NCBI GenBank assembly: GCA_951406725.2
Contig: OX597822.1
Span: 99,076,001 to 99,140,000, forward strand
DNA from: Octopus vulgaris
Lineage: Eukaryota
Direction of reading: 5' to 3'
Length of the DNA: 64,000 bases
Below are positions 49,140 through 62,172 of this stretch, one piece after another. Within the stretch, counting starts at the first letter, position 1. Each line of letters begins with the position of its first letter. Below the pieces are notes generated by a model, which was not told the origin of the DNA, ran no database searches, and saw only the letters and a list, made by a program, of their open reading frames with translations. The translations under genes were made by a program, and so were the position numbers.

Positions 49140-49716
49140 GTTAGAAGCTATTTCAAGTTGTTAAACGTAAAATGTATAATTAACAATTCTGTTAGAAGTT
49201 TATTATACGATATTAAGCAACCTAGGTAATGAATAAAGCTTTTTGAACACAAATTTGGCAGTTAGTAATAAATGTAATAAATGCAGAAACTAATTTCGGT
49301 GTGTCAGTGTGTCACACTTAGATCTCCTCTCTCACTATTCATGATGGAGTGAGAGTAATAGTAGGCATAGAGACAGTGAGGGCTGTAGTGAAGACGGAGA
49401 GATAGAGAGAAAGAAAGAAAAAGAGAGGTAGAGAAAGAGAGACAAAGAAATTTAAGGAGAGTTGATGTTTTATTAAAAGTAGTAGTGTTGATGGTGGCAG
49501 TGGGAGTAATAATAAAAGAGAGAGAGAAAGAGTGGGTATGTGAGAGAAAGAGGGAGAGATGTACAACTTTGTGTAACCACGTGTCTTCAACAGAAATTCC
49601 TGTCGCCAACATACTGAACACTATCATTTTTGTTCTTTTTTTTTGCTTTCTTTAATACACGCACACACATAAAATACCCTTTAATTGAAATAAAGTTTCC
49701 CCAAAAATTAAACATA

Positions 49717-50561
49717 TCTAATATAATAAATGTGAATGTCAGTGTATCACACTTTTTCAACTTTAATAAATCCTTTCTACTGGAAGCACAAGGCCTCAGA
49801 TTTTGGGGTAATGGGATTAAATCAATTACATTGACTCCAGTACATAACTGGTACTAATTTTATTGACCCCAAAAGGATGAAAAGCAAAGTCAACCTTGGC
49901 GGAATTTGAACTCAAAACCTAACGGCAAACAAAATATTGCTAAGTATTTTGCCCAGTGTGCTAACGATTCTGCCAGCCTGTCACCTTAATATACTATACT
50001 ATAATATAACATAATATAATAAAATAAATGTGAATGTCAGTGTGTCATACTTTTTCAACTTTACTCCTAAAAGTTGTAGTCCAACATATCATACCATTTT
50101 GGAATCAAGCTAACTCCATGAGTAAATTAAAAACATTCAGGGCCAAATCCAGACCGACAATCCTAAAATTTTGGATTCCCAAGTTTTTATTGCTGTGATT
50201 GTTTTCAGCAATTTTTTTACGTGACTTTTTGCAACAAATTTTTTTGTACTATAATAATTTTCATAATCTAAAGGCCAACTCAGTGAGTAAATTAAAAACA
50301 TTCTGGGCCAAATCTGGGCCTGCAATCCTGAAATTTTGGATTCCTATGTTTTCATTACTGTGACTGTTTTTGGCAACCTTTTTGACATGATTTTCTGCGA
50401 CGAATATGATCATCATTGGGATATGACTCTGGAGGAAGCAACTGCAGCAAGTTCTCCAAAACAAGTCAGAGATCTGTTTGCAGATCTTCCCATTCAGGGT
50501 CAGTTGCTTAAAAGCTATATACTAGCTTAAAAGTCGCCTGATAGAGTGGCTTTTAAGCTAG
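49717..50561 (+). mobile_element. Non-autonomous Helitron with Rep/Hel remnant, internal ~165-bp tandem repeat and a nested SINE C (49770-49990, minus)
   Basis: A|TC start, CTAG|T end; 50405-50490 encodes DHHWDMTLEEATAASSPKQVRDLFA, resembling the RepHel segment preceding the PIF1 helicase domain. Confidence 0.7.
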
Positions 50562-50677
50562 TATATCTATCTATATATATATATATAAACTGAGAGCTTC
50601 GAAAGTCCCGTCCGTGTTTTTTGTCGTCTCCTAAATGTTTCACGTTCTTGTCCAAGTTTGTGTATTTTTTTAACTTT

Positions 50678-50720
<43 letters not shown>

Positions 50721-50969
50721 GTTTTATTTATTATTTTGCACATTAATCATCGTTATATGTTTTATCTTATATTTAATCTTTCTATAATATGTAATTTTTC
50801 TAAATGATATAATTTAATCTTTCATTATTGAATTGATAAAAGGTGGTTTTTTTCTAATTTTTGTATATATATTATATTTGTGAAATTTGATTGAGTATTT
50901 CTAAATTGAATTTTCCCCTGTAAGTTTGAAATAATATTCCCTCATATTATTATTATTATTATTATTATT

Positions 50970-51378
50970 ATATAATCAAAATAAGCAACAAGGATATCAA
51001 GAGGTAATGCAGTAAGATCGTTTCAAGCAACTCCATTTAATTGAACAATGCAAACGTTACATCAATTTAAACTGTGATGTTATTGGTAAAATGTTCATTG
51101 TCTATCTCCTTATTCTCTTGGAGATTTTGGATAAAATTATACTAATGTGTCCTTTAAATTTAATTAAATTCTATGTTTTTTGTGCAGCTGACGATTGCAT
51201 TTTAAACTGATGTAATGTTTGCCTTGTTCAATTAAATAGAGTCACATGAAACGATCGTACTGCATTACCTCTGGATATCTTTGTTGCTTATTTTGATTAT
51301 AATTACCTTATTTTAAATTGTATGGATAATACCATACTAAATTCTGGTGCCTCAACGTAAGTACCATATTCATCTGAA

Positions 51379-51385
<7 letters not shown>
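50970..51385. repeat. Fold-back element (arms ~50970-51070 / 51201-51302) containing a hammerhead
   Basis: ataatcaaaataagcaacaaggatatcaagaggtaatgcagta versus tactgcattacctctggatatctttgttgcttattttgattat; bounded by TAT and TA tracts. Confidence 0.9.
51183..51264 (+). ncRNA. Type-I hammerhead ribozyme motif with intact core
   Basis: tgcag-CTGACGA-[53 nt]-GAAA-C-gatc-G-TA-ctgca: 5-bp stem I, palindromic stem III, predicted cut after 51259; stem II weak. Confidence 0.65.
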
Positions 51386-51443
<58 letters not shown>

Positions 51444-51469
51444 TATATATATATATGCATATATATAGT

Positions 51470-51752
51470 GATGGTATAAGCAACTGGCTCATAACTGTGA
51501 GGTTGTGATTTCAATACCTGGTAGCATTTGTGTCCTTGAGCAAGACACTTTAGTTCACATTACTTCACTCCACTCATCTAGCAAAAATGAGTTGTACCTG
51601 TATTTAAAAGGACCAACCATGTCACATTCTGTATCATGCTGAATCTCCCTGAGAACTATGTTAAGGGTGCATGTGTCTGTGAAGTACTCAGCCACTTGCA
51701 TGTTAATTTCATGAGCAGGCTGCTTCGTTGATTGGATCAACTGGAACCTTCA
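51470..51752 (+). mobile_element. Diverged SINE D
   Basis: tgtgtccttgagcaagacactt...aaaaatgagttgtacctgtattt matches reverse complement of 42175-42502. Confidence 0.8.
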
Positions 51753-52105
51753 TGAATGTGTGTGTGTGTGTGTGTGTGTAGGAGTTGTATGTATATGTAC
51801 AACTCCTGTTTTCAAATGACATTATCTAAGAAGAAGAATAGATGCAAAACTTTTACTTTCAGGGGCAGATTTACCATTTGGATGATTCCGAATTTCCTGT
51901 GTAATGGAAAAGCAAATTTCAAAACCTGAGCAAGGTCAGGTTCCTTAGTCAGATAGTATCAAATATTATTTGAGTTTCAAAACACAGAAATTACTTTCAT
52001 CATTATACTCTGATGGGAAACTACCATGAAAGGGTCTATAGTTGACTAATAGATTTTAATAGATTTTCAATGGTTGAAGAAAGAGAATTGGTTTGTTATA
52101 CTAAC

Positions 52106-52284
52106 CAGACCCATGATAAAATGATTTGCTGTTTTCGTCTGGAAAATATAGTTCTTCATTGATAATAGGATATGTCAGATGCTGGATAAATTCTGTCATC
52201 AATGTCTTGGCTAACATGCTGTCAGAAGACAAGCTTGTTCTATTTATTGCAACACACAGTAGTTTCGTATGGCCTCCTGTATTT
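52106..52284 (-). CDS. Candidate internal coding exon of an unidentified host gene (179 bp, phase 2 to phase 1)
   Basis: Acceptor aatttcttgtttgatAG, donor G|GTTAGT, open frame NTGGHTKLLCVAINRTSLSSDSMLAKTLMTEFIQHLTYPIINEELYFPDENSKSFYHGS, unique non-repetitive sequence; no homologue recognised. Confidence 0.4.
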
Positions 52285-53165
52285 CTATCAAACAAGAAAT
52301 TAAATATGTCAAACTTTCAGTCAATAGTGGCATAAAGCCATTATAAGAACCACAAATATAACACTAAGTGCAGTCAAGAAGCTTCTTTGAAAGTCATGCT
52401 CAATGAAATGATGTGTGATTGTGCTGTTTAGTGCTAGATCAGGCACGAGTAGGCAGACCTATGATTAAAAACTTCACACCCAGACACACCCCTATGTATC
52501 CTTAAAATGTATAAATATATACATAAATACCATAAATAAATAAACTATATAAATGGCTGTGTGGTTAAGAAGCTGGTTTTGCAATCACATGGTTTCAGGT
52601 TTGGTCCCATGGCATGGAACACTGGTCAAACGACTTCTTCTATAATGCTGGGCTGACCAATGCCTGCGCTGTGAGTGAAATATATTTGGTAGATGGAAAC
52701 CCTAACCCTAACTTCTTAAACATGAGGCTATGCCCCACCTACAGTTACTTTTTTATACATGAAATGTATACCTAATTATTAGCTCCATCAGTCATGGCAA
52801 ACATACACTCAATGTAAAATACAACCACACCTTCCTCCTTTTGTAATAACGAGTATGACATAGAGCAAAAATGCAGAAATGTTTCTGCCTTTTTAATAAT
52901 GAGTTGTTAATTCATTTAAGAGCTTTTGTTATGACCCATAGATTTGATTGTACTTTTGTGATCCTTTCTAACAATTTGGTTTTCTTCCAGAGTTTTGTTT
53001 CAACGAGGAGGTTTTTCCCTCTTTCTCAAAGGCTGTCATTACTTTCAAAACATTTCGGCACCAAACATTTCGGCTCTTATCATTATGCTAGTGCCTGCCA
53101 TATGAGCACCAACAATTTGACCTGGTTGAAAGGCCGATAGATCTGTCATACACACATATATATAT

Positions 53166-53258
<93 letters not shown>

Positions 53259-53483
53259 CTGCATCAAATGCCCAAATTGTGAAGAAATATATGTAGGTCA
53301 GACGGGAAACGCACTATTAGAACGCTCACGTGTACACCGGCAACAGATTAGAGACCCAGAGGTCCGTCAGATACCTTTGAGTAACCACCTAGCAACATGT
53401 GGCCGGAAAATGTATATAATATTTCCGTTCTACAAATTACACAACCCAAGTGAAATCGAGAGGAGAATCAGAGAAAAGAATTT

Positions 53484-54674
53484 GGATCTTTTCTATTCTG
53501 AAGCCAGTTTTTTCAAATTTTTCCTACTGAACCAAACAATTTGAAACTTCGTATACTGGTAGAATGTGTCAAAAGTAAACTTAATTGTAAACCAGAATGA
53601 AAACGGAATTGTAACTTCTAAGTTTAACGTTGTTTAATAATTAGAATTTTAACCAATGATATTCCGTCATTCGGCTTTATTTTATTTACTCCGTCTCGAC
53701 CACCAATTTCGTGACGTATTAAACATCTTAAATGTAAACAAGCGCATCATTCTAATTATTTAACGTACTCATGTTTCCAGGATCCTATAGTCAGCCACCT
53801 TCTAATAACAATATTTAAAACTAGTTAATAAGCCACATGTATTAAATTGAAAATGTTTCCATTCTGTATATCTGCATGTATGTGTGTATGTATGTGTAAG
53901 TATGTGTGTGTGTGTATGTATGTATGGCCGATTCATCGTAATTACGATGAATTGGCCATACATACATAGATACATACACACACACACATACATGCAGACA
54001 TACATATACACATACACCGAGTAAAAAATTTCAGTTATCTCTCTCTTTCACACATTACTCTCTCTGTCTCTTCACACACACTAACAGAAGCACTTCACTT
54101 ACACAACATACTGTCTCCCACACCCCATCAAACACACACACACATGTACATCAATGCTTCCCCTAGACGGTAACTTCAAAGACAAACTTCCCTCGTCATA
54201 AAATCGCTTCCTCTTAGTCTCTTTCGCTCTCATTACTTATGTAAAAAAATAAAAGTTTTTTACGGAAATCGACGGAAAACTTGTGCTACGACAAGCGAAA
54301 CTTCGCCGAAATGTAATATTAAAAAAGCAAAGAGCTGGCAGAAACGTTAGCACGCCGGGCGAAATGCGTAGCCGTATTTCGTCTGCCGTTACGTTCTGTG
54401 TTTGTTTACAGTTTTCCGAACGTTAGTACATCACAAAAGCGCTTTCTACGTCACACTAATAGAATGCAGTCAAGTTTTACACATGAAAACAAACAATCTG
54501 ATTGGTTAAAATTCGCAGTTTTAATCTACGATTAAAGTCATAAAATAGATTTTTCTCAAATAAACTAGTTCCAACCTGTGTCTTGTTTTGCTAGACTCTA
54601 TCAGCATACGAAGTTTCAGAATATTTAGTTAAGTAGAAAGATCTGTGGTCCTGGCTTCAGAATTGAAAAGATCC
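53484..54674. mobile_element. 1191-bp non-autonomous DNA transposon, GG-ended TIRs, 8-bp TSD (Merlin- or MULE-like)
   Basis: TIR ggatcttttctattctgaagccag matches 23/24; TSD aagaattt 53476-53483/54675-54682; carries a SINE C head at ~54332-54400. Confidence 0.9.
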
Positions 54675-55213
54675 AAGAATTTTATTGATAAATTCGAACC
54701 CAAGCTAAATAAGCAATAATAATAATACTTAGAGGTATTACTTCCACTGCTACGACCATGACCACTAACAACAACAACAATACTAAAGGTGATCAAGATG
54801 AAGATAGCAGGAAAATTATCTTATTTAGGGTTAAAAGTTCTATTGCCACCACCATCACCACTAGCAACAATAATTAAGGTGCTGACAATGATGATGATGA
54901 CAATTGAAATATAAAAATATAAAAATCTCTGACAAAGGATATTTACAACATTTCTAAAAATAACCCAACAATTGCTGCTTTGGCCAGGGTCAAGATACAG
55001 GACTCTTGACATGTCCAACAAAGCGTGATGCCTAAACCAATCAGCTCAACCAACCAATCAGCTTAAGTAATTGAGTGATACTACACACTGATTGGTCAGA
55101 ATACAGTTTGCAAAACCTAGCACTCTGGAGCCTACCCAGCTGTATTTATAGCACAGAATCAATCGTCTTGCTACAGTCAAAAATTGTGAAGCATGACTGT
55201 CAACACTACTACA

Positions 55214-55258
55214 TGAACCCGAAGATTGCAGAATTCAATGCATGAAAGTACTAGTTCA
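55214..55258 (+). ncRNA. Minimal type-I hammerhead motif in the PLE pseudo-LTR (one core substitution)
   Basis: tgaac-CCGAAGA-t-tgca-gaattcaa-tgca-t-GAAA-gtac-TA-gttca. Confidence 0.7.
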
Positions 55259-55379
55259 ATCAGAATGAACATTTAACATTCTACTATTTCATTTTATTTT
55301 ATTCAATTATAATATATCATTATAAGATTGTAAATAAAACGTGAAAATCAGACAAGGCTGGAATTCTTTTATTAATATA

Positions 55380-55651
55380 CTAGCAGTATCGCCCGGCGTT
55401 GGAGTTGCGTCCCCTAGACAGTCTGTGGTTTGTGTTTCTGATTCTCGACCCCATGTCGAATTTATCGATTTTTTTCAGAACTGGGGGAACTTTTCAAAAT
55501 TTTCGCTGCGTTAGTTTTGAATTATGACATTGGGCTATGTGTGTGTCAAGTTTCATCAGAATCGGTTGAAAGCCGTGGTCAGGGTGAGGGTACAACCTAA
55601 CAGACACACAGAAACACACACAGACAAACTGCCGTTTATATATAGAGAAGA
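55380..55651 (-). mobile_element. 272-bp non-autonomous Helitron
   Basis: Minus: A|TCTTCTCTATATATAAACGGCAG ... caacgccgggcgatactgCTAG|T. Confidence 0.8.
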
Positions 55652-55699
55652 TTCTTCTATACACAATCACACACACCCATATATATATCTATATGTATG

Positions 55700-55739
<40 letters not shown>

Positions 55740-55746
55740 TAAATAG

Positions 55747-55786
<40 letters not shown>

Positions 55787-55811
55787 TCACACACATACAC
55801 ATATGTGGGTA

Positions 55812-56142
55812 CAGGCATGTGTGTGTTGCAAAAAGTTTGCTTCCCAACCACATGGTTCTGGGTTCAGTCTCACAACATGGCACCAAAGTCAACCAAAGCC
55901 TTGTGAATTGACTTAGTAGATGGAAATTGAATGAAGCCTGATATACACATACACACACGCACACGCACACACACACTCACACATGCATGGCTGTGTGGTA
56001 AGAAGCTTGCTTCCTAACTACATGGTTTCAGGTTCAGTCCCACTGCATGGTACCTTGGACAAATGTCTTCTACTATAGGCTCAGAACAACCAAGCCTTCT
56101 GAGTGGATTTGGTAGATGGAAACTGAAAGAAGCCTATCGTAT
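55812..56142 (+). mobile_element. Two tandem SINE B 5' halves
   Basis: Heads near 55812 and 55985, each ending at gaagcct plus microsatellite. Confidence 0.75.
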
Positions 56143-56171
56143 ACATACATATATATATATGTATACATATA

Positions 56172-56215
<44 letters not shown>

Positions 56216-56637
56216 CAAAATGCCACCCACCCCCGTCCAATTGATGGTGCTGAGTTGTCAAACATTTAAACCAAATTTTCTCAAAACAACTTGTCCGACC
56301 GTCTCATAGGCCTCCCCTTTGAGAAACACTGATTTAATCTAAATTTGAGACACTAACAAAAGAAGAAATAAAGATAGACTTTTTTTCTATTCCTAGAAAA
56401 ACGATTTTGCAAATACACGTTCCCACGGCTTTATCGATCACATTCTCACCTGGAATCAATTTTTGTCATTTTTTCAAGACTTATATACACATCCTGATAC
56501 CATCGGTATCTACATATCAAATTTGAGTGCAAATTCTTCAAGGTGGTGCCCCAGTGTGGCCACTGTCTAATGGCTGAAACAAGGAAACAAGTAAAAGATA
56601 AAAGAGATATATATATGTGTGTGTGTGTGTGTGTATA

Positions 56638-57926
56638 TTGGGTCAACCCATAAATAATGTGGTATTTTTCAATTGCATGAGCTAAAAGTTGGAGGGGGAG
56701 GGCATAAACTACCTGCATCAACTTGCTATAAAAGCAGGTAGTAATTTTATCTTGTCCTTATTCTTAGTGCAAGTTTTGAAGAGTGCAGTTCGATTTTAAC
56801 AGTTATTTTTTCAAAGCTATAATGTAAGTGGTAAAGGAGCATATTTGGCATATTTTGCTTTATGAGTTCAATAAAGGCAACAATGCAATGGAAATTGTGA
56901 GGAATATTAATGCAGTGTAAGGGGATCAGACGATAAGCATAAGCCAGTGTCAATGATGGTTTCAGAAATTCTGAGCCAGAAACTGCAGCCTAGAAGACAA
57001 ACCTCATCCTGGAAGATCTGTAGAGCTCAATAAGGATGTCCTGCAAACCCTGATGAAATAAAATCTCATTGTAACTGTTGAGTAACTATCAGAGAAGCTT
57101 GGATTTGGTCATTCAACCATTCATCGACACCTGTGTGCCATCGGAAAGTCAACAAATTGAGTCAATGGGTTCCTCAAAAACTTTCCAAATCTCATCCTGC
57201 ACAGAGAGTAAATGTGTGCCCTTCTTTGCTGTCATGTCTAATGAATGAACCTTTTTTGGACCGAATAGTAACTGGTGACAAGAAACAGGTTCTCTATAAA
57301 TATGTCAAGCACCAAAGACAGTGGATAGGGAAAGGAGAAACACAGGCTCCCCAGGCTAAAGAAGGTCTTCACCCACGTAAGGAATTGTTATCTGTTTGGT
57401 GGGATATGAAAGGTTTAGTCTACTTTGAACTTTTAAACCCAAACCAAACAATAACAAAGGAGATCTACTGTGATCAGTTTGAGTGGCTTAAGTCAGCACT
57501 AGAAGAAAAATGACCATCTTTGGTTTCAAGACGAAAGGTGTTTTTCCATCAGGATAATGCTTGGCCACATAAAGCGAGGATGACATTCGAAAGGCTGGAG
57601 CAGTTTGAATGGGAAACGATGCATCACCCACCATATTTGCCAGACATTGCCCCATCTGATTATCATATATTCCTCTGTTTTCAAAATCATTTGGAAGGAA
57701 AAAATATGAATTCTGTAGACAAGGTCAGAACAGTACTGGAGGAGTAGTTTTAGTCAAAGACAAGTGAATTTTGGGAGAAGAGCCGAGCAAGTCTACCAGA
57801 GAGATAGAAGAGCATTGTAGAAAATGAAGGAGAGTATATTTTAGATTAAAAAAGAAGTTTGTTTATCTGAATTTTGAAAAATAAAAGAAGTATAAAAAAA
57901 ACTGCATTATTTATGGAATGACCCAA
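56638..57926 (+). mobile_element. Full-length decayed mariner (DD34D) transposon; transposase pseudogene ~56822-57849
   Basis: TIRs ttgggtcaacccataaataatg / cattatttatggaatgacccaa with TA flanks; WVPQKL, IVTGD, FHQDNAWPH, HPPYLPDIAPSDYHIF; multiple stops. Confidence 0.93.
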
Positions 57927-57942
57927 TATATATGTGAATAAG

Positions 57943-57974
<32 letters not shown>

Positions 57975-58174
57975 CATGCATTTGTCTCTTGCCATCATTT
58001 GACAATGGGGATTGGTTTGGTTATGTCCCTAGAACTTAAGTAGTTTAGCAAAACAGACCAGTAGGCTTAAAATAACTAAGTAACTGAAATCAAATAATTT
58101 GACTAGACTTGTCAGGGCAGTACTCCAGCATGGCCACAGTTCAATGACCGAAACAAGTAAAATATAAAAGATAT

Positions 58175-58233
<59 letters not shown>

Positions 58234-59384
58234 GTATATATATATACCCATACACATATATATACACACACATACACACACACACAAATGCTGATGTACA
58301 GACATACATATACACACACATTAAGCTTAAGAGATACGGGATAACTGTGCTAGTCTCAACTGAAGCAGCTATTAGTCATTTACTGAATTCTTCATTGAAT
58401 GTCATACAATAAATTAACAGTTTTTTATGATGAACTGGGGAACATTCATCTTTAATATTTATAGTTTCGGTCTGGTTAGTCATTATCTTCCTTATCAAAG
58501 TAAAAAATCCTATCTCTGGTATGCACAGTCTATTATGTTGTGTATTATCAAAGCTGCTCTCGTTAACATGATGTAGAATGTTAAGTTCTGTTGCTTTGAT
58601 CTCTTAATATGGTAGTTTCTGCCTTTTTTTTTTTATCTAGTTCAACTTCACACGGTTTTTCTTATTTGTATTACTTTTAATACATGTGAAGTATGGTATA
58701 GCCCATACATTGTAGTAGTAGTTAGGTGGAGGTGTAGATGGTACTACATCGTTGTAATATTGAAATATTATTTGTTAATCATACTGTTTCATCCAGGCTC
58801 AAGTGACCAAAATCTCTATGTGAATAGAGATCATGAGAAGACAGTGAAATTACAGTCGTTGTTGTTGCCATTGTCACTGGTGGCAGAAGCCTCATCATCA
58901 TCATTATCGTCATCCCCATCATCACCTCTATTTACTGTCCACTTTTCCATACTTGCTTGATGGAATTTGTTGAGGTAAATGACTGTTACTATCATTACAC
59001 GAACTGTTGAATTATCTCACCTGGCTTAAATATCTTTTTCCTGTTGTTCATTGCAATGGCAGCATTTTCATCTCAACAATAATAAACATAATGCATTTGG
59101 AACTTTATTAAAATGTTTCTACTGTTATATATATATATATATATTTCTGGGTTATAAGCAGAAATGGCTCTGACTGAAGTAGCATTAATTTTTTTAGGTT
59201 GTTCAACTTTTCTCAGTTGATCAATAAACCAATTGAGTAAATAATCTATCAGTAATATACCTACAGTGACTACTGGAAACAGCTGTAAGCTAAGTTTGCT
59301 CCAATATGGAAAAAATATGTAATGAACATTATATTAAACTTGTTTTATACACATACACATACACACACACACATAAAATACAAA

Positions 59385-59790
59385 ATGGGACAGGAACGCA
59401 AAAAAACATCCGGACAGCTAGGTGATACAAAAAGGGACAACAAAACATCCAGATAGACAATACAAAGAAAACAAGGATGGGTCATTCGAAGTTTTCTTTC
59501 CTCAGTCAAGCACCAGATTATCCTTGCAATTTTGTCTGATTATTCTTGAGATTGCTCCAATCTGGCCAGCCTCAAGGAGAAACTAAACTAAGAGCATTAG
59601 ATTCCTTGGAAGAAAGCAGCGAATGTATACAAAAACAAGGATGGAAAAAATGGACAATGTTACAAAAATATAAATACAATAAAAAATACAATAAAAATGA
59701 TAACAGGACATAACAACAGGTGTCTTTCGACTAAGGACGAATTGAATTGAGCTGGTGCATGTGGAAATGAAGCCTTACAGTAGAGATACA
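59385..59790 (-). repeat. Unclassified element, possibly a PLE pseudo-LTR
   Basis: T-rich minus strand with partial CTGAGGA..GAA motif near 59485-59505, in microsatellite context. Confidence 0.35.
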
Positions 59791-60074
59791 GAAATTTCAC
59801 AAACATAGGGAAGAATATTGATGTTGCATGGACAACGATCAGACCAAGAAAGAAAGAGCAGGCTTGGCCGAACAGTCACGTGGGAAGAGAAGAGAGAGAA
59901 GTAGAAGCAGAGGGACAGAAGAATTAAGGAGGGGCTAGAAAAAATGACAAGGATACAGTGAAGTGAAAAGTGGAGGGAAAGTGAGTAAGAAGAGAAGGCG
60001 AAGAAATGTGAGGAAGGGGGAACGAAAGAACTAAGAGTGGAATGAACGAATATATATATATATATATATATGTA

Positions 60075-60340
60075 TGTATTATGAAGGAGATGACAAAAAA
60101 CTGAGATATCTGGTATCTTGCTGTACTGAAGAAGACCCATCCACTGCAGCAGAATTGATACTGGTGCTTGTGCCACATAAAAAGCACCAAGTACACTCTG
60201 TAGAGTGGTTGGCATTAGGAAGGGCATCCAACCATAGAAACCATCTCAGAACAGATGATGGAGCCTGGTGCAGCCCCTGGCCTTACCAGCTCTGGTCAAA
60301 CTATCCAACATGAAAAACAGATGTTGAATGATGATGATGA
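60075..60340 (+). mobile_element. RTE 3'-UTR fragment
   Basis: cacataaaaagcacc...gagtggttggcattaggaagggcatcc...gatgatgat. Confidence 0.8.
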
Positions 60341-61554
60341 ATATATATACACTACACACACACATATATACATACCTGCCTCTTTCGATCTATCTTTCTA
60401 ATTTTTCTTTCTATTTTTGATTTACTTCAGTATTTTTAGCTTTTTCGTCTACTTTGCTTTTGTTTTTTGTTTTTTTGATTTTGAACGTGTTTTAGTAATG
60501 AATGTTTTATCGCCATTAGCAATTAGATACCTTATCTGCTTCATCTCCATTTTACTTACATTGCCCATGTTTTCTAAACATTTGATTTGTTATACAAAGA
60601 AAGACATTATTTTACTTTTTACCTTCTTTTATTACGCTAATAAGTCTACATCCAATTGCTTTCCTCCACATATTATTAATACTTCTGCAAACTTACTTCA
60701 GCTAACTTTTATTTTTTCTAAAAATAAAGCCATCTTGTGTGTGGGAGAGATATTATTAGCTGTGCCAGCTTTAGAGCTGTGAATTCAAAATGCTGTTATC
60801 TGATGTGCTTTTTTCCATCATTAGACATCCAATCGATTAATTTTATACAAATATATGTAGATTATATCCGCAGAAGTTAATGTGTTTGCACATATTAATA
60901 TAATTTCAGCATTAAGTTTTATTATCTAATATCATTACACCTTTCTTTGCATTGTGTTAGTATTGATGTTCTTGTGTTTAGCGTTAAGTCAGCTCTGATT
61001 GAAAAGAAAAATTGATCAAAAGCAATCCAGCAATGACCATCACATTGTTCTTTTTCAGACATCTAGAATTGTATTTTATGAAAATTTAGTGGAGGATTTG
61101 AGGGTACTTTGGTTGCAATTTTTAAGCCATGGGCATCCCATCATTCTATTCAGCTGTCTTGGGCTTCATTTTCTGTTGTCTCCTGCTATTTCTAGGATGG
61201 TTGTGTTGTGAGCTGAGGGAGATGTAGTTGCTATTTTTAGCAGCTTTGATGGCCTCATAGATACACCCTCAGTGGATTGCCTTTTGTGGTGTTTGTTTCT
61301 CTGATGAATGTCTAGATCATTTTAGAGCTTTGCTCCAGAGAATATCTGCTCAGATTTGAACATTTTCTCTTTCATTTCTTGTGTATGGAACAGTTTCCTT
61401 TATTCATAACATCTCATATGATATACAACTGAGCTGTGACAGCAAAACCCACGTAGATTCCTGGGTGGCATGCTTGTGTAGTAGTTTCTTCTTGTCACAC
61501 AGGTACACTGTACCACAGTTCTATCTTTAACTGAGCTGCTGTGATGTCTTCCTG

Positions 61555-61710
61555 CAGGCATGGCTGCATGGTAAGAAGCTTGTTTCTCAACCACATGGTT
61601 CTGGGTTCAGTCTCACAGCATAGTACCATGGGCCAGTGTCTTCTACTATAGCCTCAGGCCAACCAAAGCCTTTTGAGTAGATTTGGTAGACGGAAAGTGA
61701 AAGAAGCTCG

Positions 61711-61712
<2 letters not shown>
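61555..61712 (+). mobile_element. SINE B 5' half
   Basis: ggctgcatggtaagaagcttg...gaaagaagctcgtc. Confidence 0.8.
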
Positions 61713-61747
<35 letters not shown>

Positions 61748-61750
<3 letters not shown>

Positions 61751-62172
61751 TCTTTTACTCTTTTACTTGTTTCAGTCATTTGACTGCAGCCATGCTGGAG
61801 CACCGCTTTAATCGAGCAACTCGACCCCAGGACTTATTCTTTGTAAGCCCAGTACTTATTCTATTAGTCTCTTTTGCCGAACCGCTAAGTGACGGGGACA
61901 TAAACACACCACCATCGGTTGTGAAGCAATGTTGGGGGGGACATACACAGATATACAAACATATATGCACACACACATGCACACATATATATATATATAT
62001 ACATATATACGACGGGCTTCTTTCAGTTTCCGTCTACCAAATCCACTCACAAGGCTTTGGTCGGCCCGAGGCTATAGTAGAAGACACTTGCCCAAGGTGC
62101 TACGCAGCGGGACTGAACCCGGAACCATGTGGTTGGTAAACAAGCTACTTACCACACAGCCACTCCTGCGCC
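61748..62172 (-). mobile_element. Full-length SINE B
   Basis: Head ggcgcaggagtggctgtgtggtaag, tail (aaaagagt)n on minus. Confidence 0.92.

Larger units (their letters stand above)
53255..55370 (+). mobile_element. Penelope-like element 3' end: GIY-YIG C-terminus split by a MITE, then pseudo-LTR with hammerhead
   Basis: [26 protein letters not shown]...HL..C...ERRIREKN resumes in frame after the MITE as FIDKFEPKLNKQ*. Confidence 0.85.

Noticed and set aside
52698-52712. Interstitial telomere (ccctaa)n
   Set aside because: Only two units; insufficient
56822-57849. Domesticated or active mariner transposase
   Set aside because: Multiple in-frame stops beginning at the second codon
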